DNA from: Eledone cirrhosa
Taxonomy: Eukaryota
DNA: 64,000 nucleotides
Direction: 5' to 3'
Assembly (NCBI GenBank): GCA_964016885.1
Contig: OZ024743.1
Location: forward strand, 85,312,001-85,376,000
In this document: positions 41,401 through 56,268 of the stretch, in pieces
How the letters are laid out: every line of letters begins with the position of its first letter
Position numbering within the stretch: position 1 is the first letter of the stretch
Position numbers and translations under genes: made by a program
Notes under the pieces: generated by a model
Database searches by the model: none
Seen by the model: only the letters and a program-made list of their open reading frames with translations
Told to the model about the DNA's origin: nothing

Positions 41401-44400
41401 AAGCACTGTGGTATACTTATTCTAAACCGGATACATTGCTGCGGTATACTTATTCTAAACTAGATACATTGCTGTGGTATACTTATTCTAAACTAGATAC
41501 ATTGCTGTGGTATACTTATTCTAAACCAGATACATTGCTGTGGTATACCTATTCTAAACCAGATACATTGCTGCGGTATACTTATTCTAAACCAGATACA
41601 TTGCTGTGGTATACTTATTCTAAACCAGATACATTGCTGTGGTATACTTATTGTAAACCAGATACATTGCTGTGATATACCTATTCTAAACTAGATACAT
41701 TGCTGTGGTATACCTATTCTAAACCAGATGCAGCACTGTGGTATACCTATTCTAAACCAGATGCAGCACTGTGGTATACCTATTCTAAACCAGATACATT
41801 GCTGTGGTATACCTAATCTAAACCAGATACATTGTTGTGGTATACCTATTCTAAACCAGATACATTGCTGTGGTATACTTATTCTAAACCAGATACATTG
41901 CTGTGCTATACCTATTCTAAACCAGATACATTGCTGTGCTATACCTATTCTAAACCAGATGCAGCGCTGTGGTATACTTATTCTAAACCAGATAGATTGC
42001 AGTGGTATACCTATTCTAAACCAGATACATTGCTGTGGTATACTTATTCTAAACCAGATACATTGCTGTGGTATACCTATTCTAAACCAGATACATTGCT
42101 GTGGTATACTTATTCTAAACCAGATACATTGCTGTGGTATACCCATTCTAAACAAGATACATTGCTGTGGTATACCTATTCTAAACTAGATACATTGCTG
42201 TGGTATACTTATTCTAAACCAGATGCATTGCTGTGGTATACCTATTCTAAACCAGATACATTGCTATGGTATACCTATTCTAAACTAGATACATTGCTGT
42301 GGTATACTTATTCTAAACCAGATACATCGCTGTGATATACCTATTCTAAACCAGATGCAGCGCTGTGGTATACTTATTCTAAACCAGATAAAGCGCTGTG
42401 GTATACTTATTCTAAACCGGATACATTGCTGTGGTATACTTATTCTAAACCAGATACATTGCTGTGGTATACCTATTCTAAACTAGATATATTGCTGTGG
42501 TATACCTATTCTAAACCAGATACATTGCTGTGGTATACCCATTCTAAACTAGATACATTGCTGTGGTATACCTATTCTAAACTAGATACATTGCTGTGGT
42601 ATACCTATTCTAAACCAGATACATTGCTGTGGTATACCTATTCTAAACCAGATACATTGCTGTGGTATACCTATTCTAAACCAGATGCAGCGCTGTGGTA
42701 TACTTATTCTAAACCAGATAAAGCGCTGTGGTATACTTATTCTAAACCGGATACATTGCTGCGGTATACTTATTCTAAACTAGATACATTGCTGTGGTAT
42801 ACTTATTCTAAACCAGATACATTGCTGTGGTATACCTATTCTAAACCAGATACATTGCTGCGGTATACTTATTCTAAACCAGATACATTGCTGTGGTATA
42901 CTTATTCTAAACCAGATACATTGCTGTGGTATACTTATTTTAAACCAGATACATTGCTGTGGTATACCTATTCTAAACTAGATACATTGCTGTGGTATAC
43001 CTATTCTAAACTAGATACATTGCTGTGGTATACCTATTCTAAACTAGATACATTGCTGTGGTATACCTATTCTAAACTAGATACATTGTTGTGGTATACC
43101 TATTCTAAACCAGATACATTGCTGCGGTATACTTATTCTAAACTAGATACATTGCTGTGGTATACTTATTCTAAACTAGATACAGCGCTGTGGTATACTT
43201 ATTCTAAACTAGATACATTGTTGTGGTATACCTATTCTAAACCAGATACATTGTTGTGGTATACCTATTCTAAACCAGATACATTGCTGTGGTATACCTA
43301 TTCTAAACTAGATACATTGCTGTGGTATACTTATTCTAAACTAGATACATTGTTGTGGTATACCTATTCTAAACCAGATACATTGCTGTGGTATACCTAT
43401 TCTAAACCAGATACATTGCTGTGGTATACCTATTCTAAACTAGATACATTGTTCTGGTATACCTATTCTAAACTAGATACATTGCTTTGGTATACCTATT
43501 CTAAACTAGGTACATTGCTGTGGTATACTTATTCTAAACTAGATACATTGTTGTGGTATACCTATTCTAAACCAGATACATTGCTGTGGTATACCTATTC
43601 TAAACTAGATACATTGCTGTGGCATACTTATTCTAAACTAGATACATTGTTGTCGTATACCTATTCTAAACCAGATACATTGCTGTGGTATACCTATTCT
43701 AAACTAGATACATTGTTGTGGTATACCTATTCTAAACCAGATACATTGCTGTGGTATACTTATTCTAAACCAGATACATTGCTGTGGTATACCTATTCTA
43801 AACCAGATACATTGCTGTGGTATACCTATTCTAAACTAGATACATTGCTGTGGTATACTTATTCTAAACCAGATACATCGCTGTGATATACCTATTCTAA
43901 ACCAGATGCAGCGCTGTGGTATACTTATTCTAAACAAGATAAAGCGCTGTGGTATACTTATTCTAAACCGGATACATCGCTGTGGTATACTTATTCTAAA
44001 CCAGATACATTGCTGTGGTATACCTATTCTAAACCAGATACATTGCTGTGGTATACCTATTCTAAACTAGATACATTGCTGTGGTATACCTATTCTAAAC
44101 CAGATACATTGCTGTGGTATACCTATTCTAAACCAGATACATTGCTGTGGTATACCTATTCTAAACCAGATGCAGCGCTGTGGTATACTTATTCTAAACC
44201 AGATAAAGCACTGTGGTATACTTATTCTAAACCGGATACATTGCTGCGGTATACTTATTCTAAACTAGATACATTGCTGTGGTATACTTATTCTAAACTA
44301 GATACATTGCTGTGGTATACTTATTCTAAACCAGATACATTGCTGTGGTATACCTATTCTAAACCAGATACATTGCTGCGGTATACTTATTCTAAACCAG

Positions 44401-47400
44401 ATACATTGCTGTGGTATACTTATTCTAAACCAGATACATTGCTGTGGTATACTTATTCTAAACCAGATACATTGCTGTGATATACCTATTCTAAACTAGA
44501 TACATTGCTGTGGTATACCTATTCTAAACCAGATGCAGCACTGTGGTATACCTATTCTAAACCAGATGCAGCACTGTGGTATACCTATTCTAAACCAGAT
44601 ACATTGCTGTGGTATACCTAATCTAAACCAGATACATTGTTGTGGTATACCTATTCTAAACCAGATACATTGCTGTGGTATACTTATTCTAAACCAGATA
44701 CATTGCTGTGCTATACCTATTCTAAACCAGATACATTGCTGTGCTATACCTATTCTAAACCAGATGCAGCGCTGTGGTATACTTATTCTAAACCAGATAG
44801 ATTGCAGTGGTATACCTATTCTAAACCAGATACATTGCTGTGGTATACTTATTCTAAACCAGATACATTGCTGTGGTATACCTATTCTAAACCAGATACA
44901 TTGCTGTGGTATACTTATTCTAAACCAGATACATTGCTGTGGTATACCCATTCTAAACAAGATACATTGCTGTGGTATACCTATTCTAAACTAGATACAT
45001 TGCTATGGTATACCTATTCTAAACCAGATACATCGCTGTGATATACCTATTCTAAACCAGATGCAGCGCTGTGGTATACTTATTCTAAACCAGATAAAGC
45101 GCTGTGGTATACTTATTCTAAACCGGATACATTGCTGTGGTATACTTATTCTAAACCAGATACATTGCTGTGGTATACCTATTCTAAACTAGATATATTG
45201 CTGTGGTATACCTATTCTAAACCAGATACATTGCTGTGGTATACCCATTCTAAACTAGATACATTGCTGTGGTATACCTATTCTAAACTAGATACATTGC
45301 TGTGGTATACCTATTCTAAACCAGATACATTGCTGTGGTATACCTATTCTAAACCAGATACATTGCTGTGGTATACCTATTCTAAACCAGATGCAGCGCT
45401 GTGGTATACTTATTCTAAACCAGATAAAGCGCTGTGGTATACTTATTCTAAACCGGATACATTGCTGCGGTATACTTATTCTAAACTAGATACATTGCTG
45501 TGGTATACTTATTCTAAACCAGATACATTGCTGTGGTATACCTATTCTAAACCAGATACATTGCTGCGGTATACTTATTCTAAACCAGATACATTGCTGT
45601 GGTATACTTATTCTAAACCAGATACATTGCTGTGGTATACTTATTTTAAACCAGATACATTGCTGTGGTATACCTATTCTAAACTAGATACATTGCTGTG
45701 GTATACCTATTCTAAACTAGATACATTGCTGTGGTATACCTATTCTAAACTAGATACATTGCTGTGGTATACCTATTCTAAACTAGATACATTGTTGTGG
45801 TATACCTATTCTAAACCAGATACATTGCTGCGGTATACTTATTCTAAACTAGATACATTGCTGTGGTATACTTATTCTAAACTAGATACAGCGCTGTGGT
45901 ATACTTATTCTAAACTAGATACATTGTTGTGGTATACCTATTCTAAACCAGATACATTGTTGTGGTATACCTATTCTAAACCAGATACATTGCTGTGGTA
46001 TACCTATTCTAAACTAGATACATTCCTGTGGTATACTTATTCTAAACTAGATACATTGTTGTGGTATACCTATTCTAAACCAGATACATTGCTGTGGTAT
46101 ACCTATTCTAAACCAGATACATTGCTGTGGTATACCTATTCTAAACTAGATACATTGTTCTGGTATACCTATTCTAAACTAGATACATTGCTTTGGTATA
46201 CCTATTCTAAACTAGGTACATTGCTGTGGTATACTTATTCTAAACTAGATACATTGTTGTGGTATACCTATTCTAAACCAGATACATTGCTGTGGTATAC
46301 CTATTCTAAACTAGATACATTGCTGTGGCATACTTATTCTAAACTAGATACATTGTTGTCATATACCTATTCTAAACCAGATACATTGCTGTGGTATACC
46401 TATTCTAAACTAGATACATTGTTGTGGTATACCTATTCTAAACCAGATACATTGCTGTGGTATACTTATTCTAAACCAGATAAAGCGCTGTGGTATACAT
46501 TGTGATATACGCTGTGGTATACATTGTGGTATACGCTGTGGTATACATTGCTGTGGTATACTTATTCTAAACTAGATACAGCGCTGTGGTATACTTATTC
46601 TGAACTAGATACATTGTTGTGGTATACCTATTCTAAACCAGATACATTGTTGTGGTATACCTATTCTAAACCAGATACATTGTTGTGGTATACCTATTCT
46701 AAACCAGATACATTGCTGTGGTATACCTATTCTAAACTAGATACATTGCTATGGTATACTTATTCTAAACTAGATACATTGTTGTGGTATACCTATTCTA
46801 AACCAGATACATTGCTGTGGTATACCTATTCTAAACTAGATACATTGTTCTGGTATACCTATTCTAAACTAGATACATTGCTGTGGTATACCTATTCTAA
46901 ACTAGATACATTGCTGTGGTATACTTATTCTAAACTAGATACATTGTTGTGGTATACCTATTCTAAACCAGATACATTGCTGTGGTATACCTATTCTAAA
47001 CTAGATACATTGCTGTGGTATACTTATTCTAAACTAGATACATTGTTGTGGTATACCTATTCTAAACCAGATACATTGCTGTGGTATACCTATTCTAAAC
47101 TAGATACATTGTTGTGGTATACCTATTCTAAACCAGATACATTGCTGTGGTATACCTATTCTAAACTAGATACATTGCTGTGGTATACCTATTCTAAACT
47201 AGATACATTGCTGTGGTATACTTATTCTAAACTAGATACATTGTTGTGGTATACCTATTCTAAACCAGATACATTGCTGTGGTATACCTATTCTAAACTA
47301 GATACATTGCTGTGGTATACTTATTCTAAACTAGATACATTGTTGTGGTATACCTATTCTAAACCAGATACATTGCTGTGGTATACCTATTCTAAACTAG

Positions 47401-50400
47401 ATACATTGTTGTGGTATACCTATTCTAAACCAGATACATTGCTGTGGTATACCTATTCTAAACTAGATACATTGTTGTGGTATACCTATTCTAAACCAGA
47501 TACATTGCTGTGGTATACTTATTCTAAACCAGATAAAGCGCTGTGGTATACATTGTGATATACGCTGTGGTATACATTGTGGTATACGCTGTGGTATACA
47601 TTGCTGTGGTATACCTATTCTAAACCAGATACATTGCTGTGGTATACTTATTCTAAACTAGATACATTGTTGTGGTATACCTCTTCTAAACCAGATACAT
47701 TGTTGTGGTATACCTCTTCTAAACCAGATACATTGCTGTGGTATACCTATTCTAAACCAGATACATTGCTGTGGTATACCTATTCTAAACCAGATACATT
47801 GCTGTGGTATACCTATTCTAAACAAGATACATTGCTGTGGTATACCTATTCTAAACAAGATACGTTGCTGTGGTATACTTATTCTAAACCAGATACATTG
47901 CTGTGGTATACCTATTCTAAACCAGATACATTGCTGTGGTATACCTATTCTAAACAAGATACATTGCTGTGGTATACCTATTCTAAACAAGATACATTGC
48001 TGTGGTATACTTATTCTAAACCAGATACATTGCTGTGGTATACCTATTCTAAACCAGATACATTGCTCTGGTATACCTATTCTAAACCAGATACATTGCT
48101 GTGGTATACCTATTCTAAACCAGATACATTGCTGCGGTATACTTATTCTAAACCAGATACATTGCTGTGGTATACTTATTCTAAACCAGATACATTGCTG
48201 TGGTATACTTATTTTAAACCAGATACATTGCTGTGGTATACCTATTCTAAACTAGATACATTGCTGTGGTATACCTATTCTAAACTAGATACATTGCTGT
48301 GGTATACCTATTCTAAACTAGATACATTGCTGTGGTATACCTATTCTAAACTAGATACATTGTTGTGGTATACCTATTCTAAACCAGATACATTGCTGCG
48401 GTATACTTATTCTAAACTAGATACATTGCTGTGGTATACTTATTCTAAACTAGATACAGCGCTGTGGTATACTTATTCTAAACTAGATACATTGTTGTGG
48501 TATATCTATTCTAAACCAGATACATTGTTGTGGTATACCTATTCTAAACCAGATACATTGCTGTGGTATACCTATTCTAAACTAGATACATTGCTGTGGT
48601 ATACTTATTCTAAACTAGATACATTGTTGTGGTATACCTATTCTAAACCAGATACATTGCTGTGGTATACCTATTCTAAACCAGATACATTGCTGTGGTA
48701 TACCTATTCTAAACTAGATACATTGTTCTGGTATACCTATTCTAAACTAGATACATTGCTTTGGTATACCTATTCTAAACTAGGTACATTGCTGTGGTAT
48801 ACTTATTCTAAACTAGATACATTGTTGTGGTATACCTATTCTAAACCAGATACATTGCTGTGGTATACCTATTCTAAACTAGATACATTGCTGTGGCATA
48901 CTTATTCTAAACTAGATACATTGTTGTCGTATACCTATTCTAAACCAGATACATTGCTGTGGTATACCTATTCTAAACTAGATACATTGTTGTGGTATAC
49001 CTATTCTAAACCAGATACATTGCTGTGGTATACTTATTCTAAACCAGATAAAGCGCTGTGGTATACATTGTGATATACGCTGTGGTATACATTGTGGTAT
49101 ACGCTGTGGTATACTTATTCTAAACTAGATACAGCGCTGTGGTATACTTATTCTAAACTAGATACATTGTTGTGGTATACCTATTCTAAACCAGATACAT
49201 TGTTGTGGTATACCTATTCTAAACCAGATACATTGTTGTGGTATACCTATTCTAAACCAGATACATTGCTGTGGTATACCTATTCTAAACTAGATACATT
49301 GCTATGGTATACTTATTCTAAACTAGATACATTGTTGTGGTATACCTATTCTAAACCAGATACATTGCTGTGGTATACCTATTCTAAACTAGATACATTG
49401 TTCTGGTATACCTATTCTAAACTAGATACATTGCTGTGGTATACCTATTCTAAACTAGATACATTGCTGTGGTATACTTATTCTAAACTAGATACATTGT
49501 TGTGGTATACCTATTCTAAACCAGATACATTGCTGTGGTATACCTATTCTAAACTAGATACATTGCTGTGGTATACTTATTCTAAACTAGATACATTGTT
49601 GTGGTATACCTATTCTAAACCAGATACATTGCTGTGGTATACCTATTCTAAACTAGATACATTGTTGTGGTATACCTATTCTAAACCAGATACATTGCTG
49701 TGGTATACCTATTCTAAACTAGATACATTGCTGTGGTATACCTATTCTAAACTAGATACATTGCTGTGGTATACTTATTCTAAACTAGATACATTGTTGT
49801 GGTATACCTATTCTAAACCAGATACATTGCTGTGGTATACCTATTCTAAACTAGATACATTGCTGTGGTATACTTATTCTAAACTAGATACATTGTTGTG
49901 GTATACCTATTCTAAACCAGATACATTGCTGTGGTATACCTATTCTAAACTAGATACATTGTTGTGGTATACCTATTCTAAACCAGATACATTGCTGTGG
50001 TATACCTATTCTAAACTAGATACATTGTTGTGGTATACCTATTCTAAACCAGATACATTGCTGTGGTATACTTATTCTAAACCAGATAAAGCGCTGTGGT
50101 ATACATTGTGATATACGCTGTGGTATACATTGTGGTATACGCTGTGGTATACATTGCTGTGGTATACCTATTCTAAACCAGATACATTGCTGTGGTATAC
50201 TTATTCTAAACTAGATACATTGTTGTGGTATACCTCTTCTAAACCAGATACATTGTTGTGGTATACCTCTTCTAAACCAGATACATTGCTGTGGTATACC
50301 TATTCTAAACCAGATACATTGCTGTGGTATACCTATTCTAAACCAGATACATTGCTGTGGTATACCTATTCTAAACAAGATACATTGCTGTGGTATACCT

Positions 50401-50944
50401 ATTCTAAACAAGATACGTTGCTGTGGTATACTTATTCTAAACCAGATACATTGCTGTGGTATACCTATTCTAAACCAGATACATTGCTGTGGTATACCTA
50501 TTCTAAACAAGATACATTGCTGTGGTATACCTATTCTAAACAAGATACATTGCTGTGGTATACTTATTCTAAACCAGATACATTGCTGTGGTATACCTAT
50601 TCTAAACCAGATACATTGCTGTGGTATACCTATTCTAAACCAGATACATTGCTGTGGTATACCTATTCTAAACCAGATACATTGCTGTGGTATACCTATT
50701 CTAAACTAGATACATTGCTGTGGTATACTTATTCTAAACCAGATACATTGCTGTGGTATACCTATTCTAAACCAGATACATTGCTGTGGTATACTTATTC
50801 TAAACTAGATACATTGCTATGGTATACCTATTCTAAACCAGATACATTGCTGTGCTATACCTATTCTAAACAAGATACATTGATGTGGTATACCTATTCT
50901 AAACAAGATACATTGCTGTGGTATACCTATTCTAAACAAGATAC
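35478..50944. repeat. 15.5-kb 33-bp satellite (about 470 units) in HECTD3 intron 35023-51064
   Basis: Unit TATACCTATTCTAAACCAGATACATTGCTGTGG; variant blocks recur at kb offsets. Confidence 0.98.
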
Positions 50945-51064
50945 ACACTGAATACTAGTCATGAACACAAAATTTGTTGAAAAAATACAAACATCTCAAC
51001 AAAAAAAGTGAAAAATAATTATAAAAATAAATGTAAAAAGGTAAAATAAATAATAGTAACAAAC

Positions 51065-51223
51065 CGATAATTTAAATGTTTTGCTTTCTTCTCTTTGGGT
51101 TTTAAACCTTCAAACACTTGCATAAAGACTGTATTTTTACAGGTGAGATCTTTGTGGGGATCAGCACGGTGCTCAGTAGCAGCTCGTCTGTTTATGTACA
51201 ATATCCGAACATCGAGGGGTCTT
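51065..51223 (-). CDS. HECTD3: HECTD3 coding exon
   Basis: ttgccag|[52 protein letters not shown](R)|GTTTGT; LYINRR..EHR..P..D..CKN.VF.QV.EGLKP is characteristic of HECTD3. Confidence 0.95.
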
Positions 51224-51559
51224 CTGGCAATATAGAATTACAGACTCGATATAGAAATATAGGTGTACATAGACATATATATATAGAGAGAGAGGTGGAC
51301 ATAGTAAGATATGAGCGAGAGAGGTGGACATAAAGATAGGTAGACAGATTGAGATATATGTAGACATAGTGGGGAACAGACAGAGTGAGAGAGGTAGACA
51401 TAGTAGGAGAGAGATAGGTAGACATAGTGGGAGACAGAGAGAGGTAGATATAGTCGGATAGAGACAGAGAGAGAGGTAAACATAGTGGGGGAGAGATAGT
51501 GAGATATAATGCAGTCTAAGATACAGTGTATCTCTGAATGAAAGACAGGATGATCATGT

Positions 51560-51865
51560 GAAGACAGATGGCCTAATAGTTAGAACATTGGGCTTGCAAT
51601 CAGGAGGTTGTGAGTTTGATTCTCAGACCAAGTGATGTTTTGTGTCCTTGAGCAAGACACTTTATTTTTACGTTGTTGCGACGTCACTGGTGCCAAACTG
51701 TATCGGCCATTACCTTTCTCTTGGACAGATCAGTGGCGATGAGAGGGGAGACTGGTATGCATGGGTGACTGGTTTTCCACAGACAACTTTGCCTGGACTT
51801 GTGCCTCAGAGGGAAACTTTCTAGGTGCAATACCATGGTCATTCATGACTGAAGGGAGTCTTTAT
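51560..51865 (+). mobile_element. tRNA-derived SINE (related copy at about 10960-11160)
   Basis: TGGCCTAATAGTTAGA A-box-like and GAGTTTGATTC B-box-like motifs, then GTGTCCTTGAGCAAGACACTTTA. Confidence 0.7.
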
Positions 51866-52072
51866 AGTTATGGCTAGAACAGCTAATCTTAGGTCACTGG
51901 GCCAAAAATTGACTTGGGATTAGACAACAAGGAGAGGCACAGTATATTGTAGTCTTAGATACAGTGTATCTCTGAATAAAAGACAGGATGGTCATGGCCA
52001 CTATGTACTTGATCATATTTCTGCTGGGGCTGTTTAGAGGCTAAACAATAACAACAATAATAAAGTACTTAC

Positions 52073-52149
52073 TCTTTAACAGTTTCCCTGAGAAATGTTT
52101 CGACCATTTGGGGCCTCATTTGAGATAACGGTAACAGCTGTCTTATTGA
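52073..52149 (-). CDS. HECTD3: HECTD3 coding exon
   Basis: tttcag|SIRQLLPLSQMRPQMVETFLRETVK(E)|GTAAGT; 77 nt, phase 0 to 2, matches neighbours. Confidence 0.85.
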
Positions 52150-52159
52150 CTGAAACAGA

Positions 52160-52530
52160 AGACATTGACTTACAATAATGAGAAGACATTGACATTTGGT
52201 AGCAAGACAATATGGATATACAATAATGAGAAGATATTGACATATAGTAATGAGAAGATATTGACATATAGTAATGAGAAGATATTAGCATATGATAATG
52301 AGAAGATATTGATATATGATAATGAGAAGATATTGGCATATGATAATGAGAAGATATTGATATATGATAATGAGAAGATATTGATATATGATAATGAGAA
52401 GATATTGGCATATGATAATGAGAAGATATTGAGATATGCTAATGAGAAGATATTAACATGATAATGAAAAGATATTGACATATGGAAATGAAAAGATATT
52501 GATATATGGTAAGCAGAAGATATTGATACA
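52160..52530. repeat. 27-bp minisatellite abutting an exon acceptor
   Basis: TATGATAATGAGAAGATATTGA(C/T)A repeats. Confidence 0.9.
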
Positions 52531-52630
52531 CAATAACCATGGCAAGGTTATGGAAGGAAAAGAACTACAGTTGGTCTGTAGTCAATACAGAAATAACACA
52601 CGCACAAACATACACTTCTGTATTGGTATA

Positions 52631-52663
<33 letters not shown>

Positions 52664-52759
52664 GTAGCACTTGAGTAACGTACAAACATCACATGCCTGT
52701 ATATGTATTTTAATCATAGATAATTATAGGTAAACCCATACGTACATATATATATATGT

Positions 52760-54345
52760 GTATGAGATGAAAGAATGGTATTTAACTAATGTAATGGTAC
52801 GCGATGGGGCCCACCCACAGCCCCGACGGACAGAATGGAGAAGGCGTTTCCCTGGAGGATGGCAAGGGAGACGCGCTGGAAAAGCCACTCCAACTCACGG
52901 GGCTCACACCTACAGCTGGCCAGCTCAGCGCCTATGGTGGTGAGTAAGGAGGTAGCCCTGGGGCCGAGGACACCAGAAGTTTCCACTGCCAGGGGAACGA
53001 CAGCAAACCTGTTGGAGAGCGACTGGTATTTGAGGAGTTTGGCCCCCTCAGCCCGACGTGCAGCAGAACCTGGGTCAGTCGCAGACTGCACCAGGTTGCG
53101 GCTGCAGAAAGTGTCGGTGCAAGTGGCATCCCAGACGAGGGGTTTGCCACCGCAGAATGGGAAGATGGTCATGCCATCTGGCCTTTTGCCGTCCCTTCGA
53201 TCCAGCCCCACCAGCTCGAGCTGGGAAGGGAAGCCTGCAGCGTCCAAGCCATGCTTAATGACCTCGTTGAGGGCAGTATGGAATGGAATGCGGCCAGCAC
53301 TGTGGCGACAGGAAAGCGGGTGGAGGCCGAAAGAGTCCACGGTGGAACCGCAGCGACATTGGTGTGGCTAGCAGATCCGGAGGCCGAGCCTCAGGGAAAC
53401 GCCGATTTGCAGGCTATGGTTGTCTAGCTGCGTGCCAGTGGAGAAGGAGGGCAGGGCATGGAGCCAGGCACCACTGTGGGGTTTGGAGGCCACACGAAAA
53501 CAAGCAAGGCGGTGCTGGTCAAGCTGGCGCGTGAGGCTGTCTGGATGGCATCCCAAGTGCGTTGGGGGGACTTGACATCAACAGGGGGAGAAGGAGGAGG
53601 GACGTCTACTGGGCTTTGTCCCAGCCGGTCCCATGTCTCACAGGTGGCCTCAGGTTCTCTGAACACAGAGGGTTCTGTTGTGTTTTGAAGAACCCTGCTG
53701 ACGAGGACGCGGCACGAGGTTACCGACGAAAGATACGCCGGCAAAGCTAGTGAGATCGGGGACCGGAGGCCTAGGCCACCATACTTGACAGGTAAAGTGG
53801 CCTGTTGCCACTCTATGTCGTCAAACTTGACGTTGCATATCCCCTCGGCTGCTGCTCAGATACAAGTATCGAGGTCAGCGAGGAGAGATGTCTGGGTGTA
53901 GCATGGAGCGCTGTGGAGTGTATAGAGGAGCTTCGGCATGGCGAAGCAGTTCCTCAGCAGAAAGAGAGCTGGGTGGCCGTCAATCAAGCCCAGTCGGCTC
54001 GTGAGAGTCTGGAGCTGTTGAAGCCTGAACCTGATGGTGGACCGGATGGCCGGCGGGTGGATCGGTAACCCGAGGATGAGGACATCCTCTTTGGGGGTCA
54101 CCTGAACCTGGCGAAGAATGGACCGCACATCCAAGACGGAGGCTGCAAAGCTCACAGCATCGAGGCTGACGTTCACACCTCCGACTTGGCCGAGTTGACC
54201 TGGAGGCCGATTCCCGCCAGGGCAGGAATCACCGATTGAAGGTCTTGGCAGACCGTCCGTACGAGCCCGCCCAACGTAGTATCATCCAGATACCAAACGT
54301 TGAGATGGGCCGTGATACTCCGGGCGATGTGGTCAATACCAAGGG
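52760..54345 (-). mobile_element. CRE-clade-like non-LTR retrotransposon (RT plus Zn knuckle plus restriction-like endonuclease), 5'-truncated and frameshifted
   Basis: NVWYLDD (about 54280), [21 protein letters not shown]-x-C...H-PLS-C knuckle (CRCGSTVDSFGLHPLSC), KRPDG...WDAT..DT, KLLKY, PLAVETSG, FQRVSLAILQGN. Confidence 0.85.
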
Positions 54346-54650
54346 TGTGGGTGTTGTTGGACCTCTGTCATTTACATTGACAAGTATTCTAGTTTAAAAT
54401 CAATGTGTAAGTGGCTGAGTATTCCACAGACATGTGTACCCTTAACATCATTCTCAGGAAGATTCAGCATCACAAAGTGTGACAAGACTGGTTCTTTGAA
54501 TTACAAATATAATTCATTTTCACCAGCTGATCAGACTAAGACAATGTGAAATAAAGTGTCTTGTTCAAGGATTCAATACAGCACTAGAAATCAGATTCAT
54601 TTCATGACCTTACAATTGTGAACAGGACACCTTATTCATTAAGTCATGCT

Positions 54651-54707
<57 letters not shown>

Positions 54708-56268
54708 TCATCATCATCATCATTTACGTTCGCTTTTCCCTGCTTCCAAGGGTGGGACGGGTCCTATTCAGCACAGCAACTCTCCATTCATCACGGTCCT
54801 TCGTCATCTCCTCTGTGAGCTTCAGCGATCTGAGGTCAGTTCTCACCACCTCCGCCCATGATTATATATATATATATATCCAACCCTTGCTAACAGGGAA
54901 AGTGGACGTTAAAACAACATTTGTTGAGCTGTGATGTGCATTTTGCGATTGATCAGCTCAAAGTTCAATCTGAGTCGGATATATATATATATATCATCAT
55001 CACCTCCACCACTGTTTAATGTCCATTTTTCCATGCTACAATGGGTTAGATGAGTTGTCTAAATGGGAACCAAGCCAGAGCAGATGACCATCTCCATATG
55101 TATATGTACATGATGAGCTAAGAGAAAATCTAGGCACAAGAGGAATCAGATGTAGTGTTCAGGATAGAAAAGTGCACTGGTATGGACATGTGATGCAAAT
55201 GAATAATTGTTAGGTGAACAAGTGCCAGAAAATCACAGCAGAAGAAGGAAACTGCAGAAAAGGAAACCCAAGGAACACATGTGGGGAAAATTGTGCTGGA
55301 GAAGAGCTTTTCAACTCATGTAAGCATAGAAAAGCAGACATAAAATGTTGATGGTGGTAGTGGTGGTGGTGGTAGTGGTGGTGATGGTGGTAGTGGTAGT
55401 AGTGGTGGTGGTGGTAGTGGTGATGGTGGTAGCGGTGGTGGTGATGATGGTGGTAGTGGTGTTGACAACAATGATGATGATTTCAGTACTTTATACACAT
55501 ATCACTTCTTCACAAGTATTTACAAGTTCTACACCAAGTTTTCACTTCTTAACAGTGCAATTCCCCTATTTGTTACTCAGAATGAAAGGCTTAGTTAAAA
55601 TGAATGTAAGCTAGATGTAAACTTTTTTCCAAATCATTGTTTTGCTACCATTAGCTTGCTGAACCAAATCTGCTTGGTATCAAAACTTAGCTACTTTTTC
55701 ATTATCACGAACAGGGCATAAGAATTAAGTTAGTAATATAATTAATGTATGAAAGCATTGAGTAATTGACATCATTATTCAGTTCTAATGCAGCATATAT
55801 ATTATGAATGGACTTTACTAACTATTAATTCTTTTTCTTGGAACATTCAAATGAACACTCCTATTTTAAAAGGAATTCTTTCTTAAATCATTCTTTGGGG
55901 GGGGAAAAGGATTTTTAATTTCGGCACACGGACAGCAGTTTAAGGGAAGAGTGATGTAGATTAAATTGACTCCAGTACTTGACTGGTACTTTATTTCATC
56001 AATTCCAGAACAATGAAAGGCAAAGGTGACTTCACTAAACAACAACATCAATGATTTCTAACATTAGAGCCAGAGCTCCTTCAAATAACAAAATAGCAAA
56101 GAACACATTAGATAATGTACTCTTAGATACCACTAAAATGATGGGATGGTTATGACTGGAATGTCACTAATCATAGCTTTGCTAGATTAGGATTGACCTG
56201 ATACAAAAATGTTTGTTTTAAGTGTACATATTTCTCTAAAAATCTTCCAAAATAATTTACATAAGAAC

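Noticed and set aside
35442-50951. Long WYTYSKPDTLL-repeat ORFs as a repeat protein, or the array as CRISPR
   Set aside because: The 33-bp unit is a multiple of 3 with one stop-free frame; stops and frameshifts are scattered; it lies antisense in an intron; there are no unique spacers or cas genes
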